Shown here piece after piece: positions 1 to 9,500 of a stretch of 64,000 bases of DNA (the first letter of the stretch is position 1; every line of letters begins with the position of its first letter). The notes below the pieces were generated by a model. That model was not told the origin of the DNA, did no database searches, and saw nothing but the letters and a program-made list of their open reading frames with translations. The DNA comes from Macrostomum hystrix (Eukaryota > Animalia > Platyhelminthes), in NCBI GenBank assembly GCA_950097015.1, contig CATNEN010000007.1:8742001-8806000 (forward strand), given 5' to 3'. A program made the position numbers and the translations under genes.

Positions 1-938
1 AAGCTGCAAAAAAGCAGAAAAGGCACACTTTAAATGAGAATATCTGAAAAAGTACTTGGCTAATTTGTGTCTGAGGTGTCATTTTGTAGCAGTTCATGCA
101 TCAAGCAGTTGTAGCAGTATCTGGTGAAATAATTGACCCATGCCTAGGTGAGGCAGAAATAGGATCATAAGACGCATCTGAAAAAGCCATCAGAACACAA
201 AGCCATTCTTCAGTAGCAAATCATTGACAAAACTATTCGTCCCGAACATTTTTTTAAAGCATAGCTTGGAGCTTGGAGTCAGAGTTGGACATACACTCTG
301 GTTTGAGAGATCATGTTTTTGTTTTAATTTTCACTTAAATTGAAAAATGTCTGTTGGGGAACCCATACATGCTAAAGTATTACTATAGCAATTAAGCAGT
401 AAAAAGCAAAAAATGAGTATTATGCAAGTAAGTAATTGTTTTTTAAATTGCTTTAGTATTTTTGTTCTTTACTTTATGGTTAAGTATAACAGAGAAAATT
501 AGCTTTAGACTTTTTTGCTTACTATATAATACTATAATCACACTATCTGACCCTCAAGCATTGCCTAAATGCAATTGCTAGACTTAGCTACAGTAATGTA
601 GTCATTCTACTTTATTCACACCCTACATGCGTTTTCTCAGAAGCCATAAAGTTGCTACCATATTAGTTTATACTCCTAAAATATTTTACTTTTTTTCTCA
701 TTAAAACTACACAGTAAAGCATTAATATTGTTTGCTACTAAAAACTGTTGGTAAGTATGGTAAGAAAATTGAGCTTATCAACATCAGGCTAACTGTCGCT
801 CATATCCGAAACTTTAACAGACTTCTTTCTCAGGGCACAGCATTGTGTTTTTAAGTAAGCCTGTTGTGTTGATTGCTGTATAGAGCCTTAAATATAGTTT
901 GTTAATTTCCAGCCTAAAGGCACCCGCAGTGCACAGCA

Positions 939-2525
939 ATGTCCGCCGATGTCGCCAGCGCAGAAGCTGTAGCCGCCACTGAAGCGGAAGTGCCAGCAAC
1001 CGAAGAATCGCCGATGGAGCAGGAGCAGCAACGCCAAGCGTCTCCGCCACCTGACAAAAAAGACGTCGATGTTGATGCAGGCGAACCCGCCGCAAGCGCC
1101 GAGCCACTCGCTGAAGAAGACGGCGACAACCCCGCAGCTCACGATGACGGCGAAGGCGACGAAGCCGCGGAGGCGCCGCCGCAAGCTGCAGCCGGCGACA
1201 AAAAGCGAGCTGTCAACGACGAAGAGGAAGACGAGGAGTCGGACGAAGACATCAACGTGATTATCAACAAGACAGACACGGCCAATCCCAACACGGCCTT
1301 CAACCGGCAGCAGCAGCAGGCGGCCGCTGCGAAATCTCAGCGCGCCCGCGGCGATAAGACCGGCGGAGGCGGGGGTCAGCGCACCGCTGTTGACCTGGAC
1401 AATCCCGGCAACATCGGCGGCGCGCCGACCATAGACTATAACGTGGCCAGCCTGCGCGAGGAGGAGAAGCCGTGGACTCGTCCAGGCGCCGACATCGCCG
1501 ACTATTTCAACTACGGCTTTAACGAGGAGTCCTGGGTTGCTTACTGCGAGAAGCAGCGGCAGCTTCGGGCCCAGCACGGTGGCCGCCTGCCCTCGGTGAT
1601 GACCGAGACGCTGCAGCCGTTTCGCTCGCTTCGCCGCGGTGGCGGAGGAAACGATTCGCACGGCCAGTACGATCGCCACCAAGATCGCCAGTATGAGCGG
1701 CATGACCGTCAGCAGGAGCGACACGACCGTCAGCAGGAGCGTCAACAGGCGCCGCCGCCGCCGCAGCGTTCCGCCATCACTGTTATTGGGGCTACTGCTG
1801 GTGACAGTAGACGATCTCGCCGCGACTCCCAGGGCCAGGACGGTGGTCCCCGCATGATTCCCACCCTTGGCGGTGGCAGCGTGCCGTTCATGCACCACGG
1901 CCCGCCCCTGCCGCCGCATCTGCAGCCTCCGATGCAATTACCGCCGGCTGCTGCCGCTGCTTTCGGCTTTGTGCATCAGCCTGCCCAGTTTGTGCCCATG
2001 ACAGCCGCTCCGCCGCCGCAGCCGGGCTTCCTGCCCCAGCAGCCTCCGCCTGGTGTGCTAGCCTTTCCAGGAATGCAGCAGCCGCCACCCCCGCAGTCGC
2101 AGGCTCCTTGGGCGCCGCCTCTCCCGCCGCAGATGCCGCCGGCTACCACAGCGGCCTACAGCGGGGACCCGCTGCAGCACCAGCACATGCAGCACCTGCC
2201 GCAGCAACAGGACGTGAAGCCTGATCCTCCGACGATGCCAGCCGTGTCCTCAAGCCACTTGGTGAGCCTGACCGGCGACTCCGGCCCCGCTGATGCCGGA
2301 AGCGTTGCCTCATCGGCGGAGCCTACGCGCGAGCGTCGCCGACGCCGCAGTCGCAGCCGCAGTCCTCAGGCTGAGTCGTCCGGACGCAGCCGCAGCAGCC
2401 GGCAGCAGAAGGAGCAGCCGGAGACGGCTGCATCTGGTGGTGGTAGCTCGCGCAGGCAGCAGCGGTCGCGTTCTCGCAGCGGCGAACGACGCCGTCGCGG
2501 GGGCAGCCGTGAGCGCAGGAAGTGA
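939..2525 (+). CDS. FIP1L1: Pre-mRNA 3'-end-processing factor Fip1 (intronless CDS, 528 aa)
   Basis: Fip1 motif [31 protein letters not shown]; acidic N-terminus, Pro-rich middle, RD/RS-rich C-terminus. Acceptor-like ttaatttccag ends at 912; AATAAA at 2891. Confidence 0.93.
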   Translation: MSADVASAEAVAATEAEVPATEESPMEQEQQRQASPPPDKKDVDVDAGEPAASAEPLAEEDGDNPAAHDDGEGDEAAEAPPQAAAGDKKRAVNDEEEDEESDEDINVIINKTDTANPNTAFNRQQQQAAAAKSQRARGDKTGGGGGQRTAVDLDNPGNIGGAPTIDYNVASLREEEKPWTRPGADIADYFNYGFNEESWVAYCEKQRQLRAQHGGRLPSVMTETLQPFRSLRRGGGGNDSHGQYDRHQDRQYERHDRQQERHDRQQERQQAPPPPQRSAITVIGATAGDSRRSRRDSQGQDGGPRMIPTLGGGSVPFMHHGPPLPPHLQPPMQLPPAAAAAFGFVHQPAQFVPMTAAPPPQPGFLPQQPPPGVLAFPGMQQPPPPQSQAPWAPPLPPQMPPATTAAYSGDPLQHQHMQHLPQQQDVKPDPPTMPAVSSSHLVSLTGDSGPADAGSVASSAEPTRERRRRRSRSRSPQAESSGRSRSSRQQKEQPETAASGGGSSRRQQRSRSRSGERRRRGGSRERRK

Positions 2526-3080
2526 GGCTGAGGGTCGCCGATTTCCCTAGCCATTGCGCAGTCAGGTTTAAAATGAATTAAATAATATTTAAACTGGGAA
2601 ATAACAGATTTTCAACTCTGACTTGTCAGAATTCTGCAGATCCTCGTAACATACTACTGACCATCAGTAGGTTGTCCTTAATTCCCGTGTTGGTTTGTTA
2701 GTAATGCAGCAAGTTGAGCATTTTTAGTTTCCTGTTTCTTATGCATTCGCATCAGCAAGTGTCACTTTGTTAATTGCCGTTCATGTACATATCGACTGCA
2801 TTGCTGAACTGCAGCGGCCCGTTGGCTATCTGTGTGCTTCGCTGTTCTGTTTTTCTGTGCGTGTTTGAGTTCTGATACGACTCCTGTGCAAATAAACTGC
2901 TGGTTAAAAATAAGCGTCCTATACATTTTTGTGCTTCATTAATTTATACTGTTTTAAGTTCAGGGTTTCTAAGTTGTCGAATTTTATCAGCAAATAATTG
3001 ACTGTCACGTGACTGCTGACACACTACTTAACCAGCACCAATGAAGATTTATGCTTTTAATTCTCATTTCTCTCTTGCAG

Positions 3081-3293
3081 GCTGCCCAGGAGAAAAAATC
3101 CGCCCCAGAGCGGCTAGTGGGCAAGCTGTCCTCAGCTCTGCCGGCCTTCACCGACGTGTTCGACGAGGAGACCTTCTATATTTTCTTCTTCTGCATGGTG
3201 CTGCTGTCGTTCGCTGTCGCCTTCGTTGCCGCCAGGGTGTTTCGAATCAAGCTGGTGGATGCTGGAGAGGCTGAGCACCGGCACGCCAGCTGA
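3081..3293 (+). CDS. Small single-pass membrane protein, main coding exon; start codon uncertain
   Basis: Strong acceptor ttctctcttgcag ends at 3080, followed by GC-rich codons encoding AAQEKK...PAFTDVFDEETFYIFFFCMVLLSFAVAFVAARVFRIK...* with one TM helix. An in-frame ATG at 3051 lies just before the pyrimidine tract. Confidence 0.65.
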   Translation, partial: AAQEKKSAPERLVGKLSSALPAFTDVFDEETFYIFFFCMVLLSFAVAFVAARVFRIKLVDAGEAEHRHAS

Positions 3294-3408
3294 TCCACCG
3301 ATGCGATGGAGCCAGCGAACTACTGACTGATAAGCCTTCAGCACCTAGCCCTGCTTGCTTCTGCAATGCGGGGTACCGCTTCCGAACAACCTCAGACAAC
3401 CCCTCAAT

Positions 3409-3632
3409 CTGCCCCTCACTCAGCCCTATGCGCCAACCCCTCCTACTCTCTGCCCCTCACTCAGCCCTATGCCCCAACCCCTCCTACTCTCTGCCCCTCA
3501 CTCAGCCCTATGCCCCAACCCCTCCTACTCTCTGCCCCTCACTCAGCCCTATGCGCCAACCCCTCCTACTCTCTGCCCTCACTCAGCCCTATTCTCTGCT
3601 CTCACTCAGCCCTATGCGCCAACCCCTCTACC
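3409..3632. repeat. 41-bp minisatellite, about 5 copies
   Basis: Unit ctctgcccctcactcagccctatgcgccaacccctcctact; cagccc recurs at 3421 and 3462. Confidence 0.9.
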
Positions 3633-4850
3633 CTGTCTCCACATTTGTCGTTTTCCTTCGACACAGCATTCCTTCTCTTGTAGTCGATTTTCTCTTCATA
3701 TATATAAAAAATTGTCTTCAATGAGGCAAATATGACTGCAATCTCTATTTACTCTGTCTAGTCGCGATGCAAATGCATTCAGCTTCTGCTTCCTAAGATT
3801 TAAGTCCAGCAGACTTTATGACAAGACATATTAACATACTCTTGTTAAAACTGCATGTCTTATGCAAAGTTAAATGTATTGCCACATCATTACTAATCAA
3901 GTATTTGCTTATTGCTCTGTATTTGCTTATTGCTCTGTCTGTCCTTTTAGCTAATGATTCAAGGTAACCATCCATCTATTAACCGAAATTTCATCTATAA
4001 AATATAAGTCTCACTCCAACCCCACTACTTAAACCAGCAGTTGTTGAGTTTTAATTCATAAACCTATCTGTATATTGAAATTTGCTTGTGTTCAGAACTC
4101 TTTCTGTGATAACTAGTTTCTACGAACCATTTGGGAAAAATATCAAAAGGCACTTGGTTGATAGAATTGGAGGTGAGTTAGTCGCTAATGTCGTAATTTA
4201 AGCAAATATTAATGGCAAAAAAGACTGCGCGAGCGCACAAAGCTTGTTTAAACAACGCTTTTCCAGCTCACCCAAATGAACATAAAAGGAAACTGAGAGG
4301 CCAAAGCTAAATGCGTGCAGTAATAATGAATTATACAACACCTCAGCGATGCGCCCGCTCTAATGCTTGCCCCTAGCCTGCCTCTGCTGCTGCTGCTGCT
4401 GCTGCTGAATAATTCATGAGGCACGCGCGCGGACCTGCCCTGGTCCGTTCGCCTTGCCCCGACCCTCTGCCACGCATCCGCGAAGGACAAAGGCTGCGCG
4501 CGCAGGGGGTCTTTGACAGCTGAATGCGTTTTGGGCAGCTCTTTCTTGCTCTGCGTGCGTCTCTTCAGCTTCTTTTATTATCTCCCTGCGGCCCAGCTGA
4601 TGCCAGGGCGAGTTGACGCGAGAAGGAAGGCATTTGGGAGAATTCCCACCACGCCGAGCGCCAACAAGGGGAAAATAGCGGAACTCAGTCCGTTGAACGC
4701 TTATATTTCTCGTCAGTTTACCAAGCAAGTTCTGGCTATGCTTCTCCGAGAGGAAAATTGTCGTCTAGTATTGTGCAGTAAGAGACAAAGAAATCAACGC
4801 AATTTTCTTGCGCTGTCAGAGACCCAAAATCGGAACCTCTTTCAGTATTA

Positions 4851-5764
4851 TTGGTTTTGTCAGCCTAACTGAGAATAAAGCCACCCAAAATGAGAAGCCT
4901 GCCTACGCTGACTGCGAAGGGCCTGGCTGCGTGCAGCCTTAGTCTATGGGCCATAGACAATAAAGGACAAGCAAAGTGATAAAAAGCCACCCAATGTGAG
5001 AATCGATTGGTCTATGCGTCGTATTCTTTTTTTTTATACCTTCTGAGCCATATGACTAGCCAATAGCTTGAACGGAATAACGGAAACAGGAACACACTGG
5101 ATGATACAGTACAGTAAAGTAAAGAGTTAAAATAGCCGTCCCTCAATGCCCTGCCCAAAGAGTCGTCTGCAATGCAAGTCCCACGCGGCAGCTTTCCCAG
5201 CAGTGACTGTGTCGTCAATCGCTTCGCGCGCCTCCCTCTCTAACAGCATGAATCACCACTCCTCTTTGTTGACGCCATCTAGAGCAACGGCCTCCTCGTT
5301 GACTAGTCCAGCGTCTGCCAGGCGGCTTTTGATCCGTGCCTTCAGCGCACTGTTGGCCAGTTCCGATGGGTTGAGGAAGGGTGTAAATTCTCCCTTAGTG
5401 AGCTTCCATTTTCAATGGCCGCGATGAGTCGCTGGCGGTCCACAGATGAGGCGGGCATTTTTATTGCAGTGGCGAAGACTGAACTCTGTTAATTCTAAGT
5501 GTTGGATAAATTGGCAAGAAAGCAACGAGACTGTGGGTGATGGAGAAGCAGTGATGGAGGAGTTGCGCTTGGAGGAGTGGAGAGAGCTGGGGGAAAGAGA
5601 AAAAGCGATCGATTCTCACATTGGACGGCTTTTTATCACTTCGCTTGTCCTTTATTGTCTATGGCCCATAGACTAAGGCTGCACGCAGCCAGGCCCTTCG
5701 CAGTCAGCGTAGGCAGGATTCTCATTTTGGGTGGCTTTATTCTCAGTTAGGCTGACAAAACCAA
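4851..5764 (-). mobile_element. Non-autonomous Tc1/mariner (IS630-like) element with ~157-bp TIRs
   Basis: TIRs at 4851-5007 and 5608-5764 (TTGGTTTTGTC...GACAAAACCAA), flanked by TA on both sides. Minus strand ~5145-5393 encodes a transposase C-terminal relic PFLNPSELANSALKARIK...[11 protein letters not shown] with a stop codon. Confidence 0.8.
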
Positions 5765-6543
5765 TATTAGTAAGCCGTCAGTTATTGTTGTTGATAAAAG
5801 TACATATGATTGTTGACTTCATGTCACGAAATGCTTCATGTTATCAAGGACCCTACAAACAGGTTATTTAAATCTTATTGCAGCATCCGTCCTCAAAACA
5901 CTTCTGATTCAGGGATTTAGTTTACGCTCGTAAAAGGTGATCAGTTGAGTGCATGATTGGCATGAGTCTCGATCGCTGCTCAGATTGCCTTGTGCCTTAG
6001 CTAAATCGCAAACACCCCAGAAAGACTTGAGTAAATATGGGCAATGGAATTGGGCAACCAAGTGCCATGCAGTTGCTCTGTGCTCCAGAATAAAGACTGC
6101 GATATCGAGACTTAGGGTCGATTGCACCGCCAGCTTAGAGATTAACTGAAGTCGATCCTGTCCAAAAACGGAACTTTGACAGCTAGAACAACTGCTGCTG
6201 CAGTGCAGGCGGCCTGTCTCTCCCGCCTGTGTCTAAGCACCGAATCAATAATGAGAGCGAGTAGTTGTGAGCGAAAATTGCCAATGAAGCAAAAGTTGTT
6301 TTGTTGTAACCCTAGAGCCACAGTGCGCTCTGGGAGGTGGTGTTTGCGCTAGAGCACTTCCTGCGCTGTACTATCGAGTGAGACTGCTCAGAACCGTTAG
6401 CCAATGGGACTGGGCCGTACGGGGGCGGACACAACAAACTAGCCGGGAATAATAGCCAACCCGGAGTCCTGTGGAGTCCCGCTGCACAACAAACTATCAG
6501 CTCAACGGAGGACACGCGACAGGTGAGTGAGGAAGATAGTCCG

Positions 6544-9500
6544 TGTAATAACTAAGGCCGAGGCTATTTTTAGTGAGCAGACAAAACTCTCAATCTTTAC
6601 TGCCACGCTGAGCGCGCGTCCATATATTATTTGCTAGAACTGGGGTGGCGACACCCACCCCGCTCCGCAACCAATCAAACGACCCAGGTGTACACCTGGG
6701 CCTGGCTCACGTGCGTACGCACACTACATCTCTCCCCCTTCGAACAGAAACTGTGGGGAGACAAAAAAGAACGAATTCGAGAAGCAAGATGTCGAAAAGA
6801 ACGAAAAAGAACTCGACCGAAAAAAAAATATGCAGCTATTGGAGGAAATAAAACACTCGAATTGATAGTCGCATCGGACTTGCAAAGAAAAGCGTGCATG
6901 TGATTGTTAATGTCAGTGGAAAAGTCAGTTCGTTTTCAGTCCTTGGTTTAGTCCTTGTAGATCTTCACGCCACCCCGTGCAGCGCGGGGGTGCGGGCGCA
7001 GCGCCACCGGGGATTCGGCCGGGTTCCGCGCCGCCTCGCCTGGAGTTTCTGGCGCGGCAGCCTGCGGCCTGGCACCAGCGTCGTCTGATTCTGGGGTGAC
7101 GACCTTGACCGCCGTGCAATGCCGCCAGCAGGCCGCGCCGTCACGACGCAGCATCAGCGAGTTGCCGGCCACCCGCTGGACTGTCCAGGCGCCGCTCTCG
7201 AATGGCGTTTGCGTCTTGCTGGCACCGACTCGCCGTCGCAGCACCGAATCGCCGACCTGGATTTCGTGCCGCCGTGGCCGCCTCCTGGCGTCCGCTCGCT
7301 GCTTCATCGCGGCCTTGGCGCTCGCATCCATCTCTCGCAGCCGCTGCTCGTTGATGCGGACGCGCTGGGATGGCCGGGCGGCGGGGATGACATCATTTGG
7401 TCGCCGGCCCATCAGCAGCTCGGCTGGCGCGCGGCCCGTGGCTGTGTGCGGCGTGTTCCTGTAGGCCAGCAGCCACTCGTCCAGAGCAGCCCTCCAGTCG
7501 CGCCGCTCCTCGATTGCCGCCCGCACGACCTTGTTGATTGAGCGGTTCAGCCGCTCTGTCATGCCGTTGGCGGCTGGGTAGTAAGGCGTGATGAGGCGGT
7601 GCTTGATGCCGTAGCTTTCTAGGAAACGGCCAAACTCCTTGGATGAAAATGGCGGCCCGTTGTCAGTTACGAGCTCCTGCGGGATGCCAAATCGCGCGAA
7701 CATTTCTCGCAGGCGCGGGACCAGTGCCTCGGCCGTCGTTGTCTGCATGAGCTGCACCTCTGGGAATCTCGAGTATCTGTCCACGCACACCAGCAGCATG
7801 TTGTTGTTGATCGGGCCTACAAAGTCAGCCCCAATCGACAACCAGGCGCCCTTAGGGATAGGCGTCGGCTGTAGAGGCGTAGCCCGGACGGCTGGCGTGT
7901 GAGACGTGATGGCACAGCTGCGGCACCGACTGACGAACTCCTCCGCTTGTGTTGCCATTCTCGGCCACCAGACCTTGCTGCTGAGCCTTGCGGTCGTCTT
8001 CTGCGAGCACTGGTGTCCTTGGTGCGCCAGCTCGAGCATCTGCTGCCGTAGAGCTGCTGGCACGACAATCCGCTGATGCCGAAGAAGAACTCCGTCTACC
8101 GCCGACAGCTCCTCTCGCAGCGCGTGGAGTGACCGCATCTCAGCGCTAGAGCGGTCCCATTGGCCGCCTTGCATCGCTGCTATTGCTGCCCGGATAACTG
8201 GGTCGCTGGCTGAGCTCTTGCGGATGTCTTCGAGCGTGAGCGCCTTCGGGACAGCCGCCTGCGCTACCTCGTTTATGTAGGCCTCTCTCAGCTGCTCGCT
8301 GGTCCTACTTCCTTCAGCGTTTAGAGGCTGCCTGCTGAGTATGTCTGCAGCATTGGACGCTCCTGGCTGGTATTCGACCTTGAATACCAGGTGCTGGATA
8401 CGCAGCGCCATACGCTCGACTCGTGGAGGCGGCCGTGACCCTGGCGCATACATGGCTGTCAGCGGCTTGTGGTCGGAGATCACCGTGAATTCGGGCGATC
8501 CATACAAGTAGTACTCAAACTTCAGGCAGCCGAACTTCACGGCGAGCGCCTCTTTTTCGGTCTGCGAATATCGCCGCTCTACGTCGGAGAGGGTCCGGCT
8601 CGCGTATGCGACTGGCCGCGAACTGCCGTCGTGCTGTACTTGCGCCAGGATTGCGCCGAGTCCGGTTGGTCCCGCGTCTACAATCAGCTGTGTCCGTAGC
8701 CGCTTGTCGTAGAATGCCAGCGTTGTCGGCTCCGCAATGCTGCGCTTTAGCTGCGCAAAGGCGCTGGCCTGGTCGGCGCCCCACTGCCAGTCGGTGTTCT
8801 TCCGGGTCAGGCGTCGCAGCGGCTCCGCCACCTTGGCCAGCTGTGGCGTGAATACTGCGAGATAATTCACGAGGCCCAAGAACGATCGAAGTTGGCTTAT
8901 CGTCTCTGGCTCCTTGAATTCTTGAACGGCGGCGACCTTGCTTTCTGTGGCTTGGACTCCTTCGGCCGTCAGTCGCATTCCCATAAACTCAATGCTGCTG
9001 CGTGCCAACCTGCATTTTCGAGCATTTAGCGTGATGCCGCGTTGCGCCAGGCGGGCCAGGCAGGCCTCGAGGCTGCTGTTGTGCTCCGCCATCGTGCGGC
9101 CGAACACGACCACGTCGTCGTGGATCCATTTTACGTTGGGCAGGCCTGCCAGCACTCTGCACATCACGCTCTGTAGGATCTCCTGTGAGGTGGACAGGCC
9201 CATGCACAGCCGAGTGAGACGCCGAAGTCCTCGGGGTGTCGAGAATGTCAGCAGATTGCGGCATTCTTCTGCTACAGGCACCTGGTAGAACGCCTTCGCG
9301 ATGTCCAGTTCCGAGAAGACGGTGCTGCCGGCCATGTCTCCCGTCACCTCTTCAAAAGTCGGAATCTGGTGACGCTCGCGGATGACATAGCGATTGACAT
9401 CGCGGAGGTCCTGTGTGATCCGCACTTCGCCTGGCTCCTTCTTGGGCACAACGACCATCCGCGCGACCCACGGAACTGGTCCGTCGACGGGCTCGATGAT

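Noticed and set aside
888-1937. 349-aa antisense ORF over Fip1, and similar shadow ORFs over gag-pol, ERM, the lectins and the glutamate receptor
   Set aside because: These are expected shadows of GC-rich coding sequence and show no recognisable motifs.
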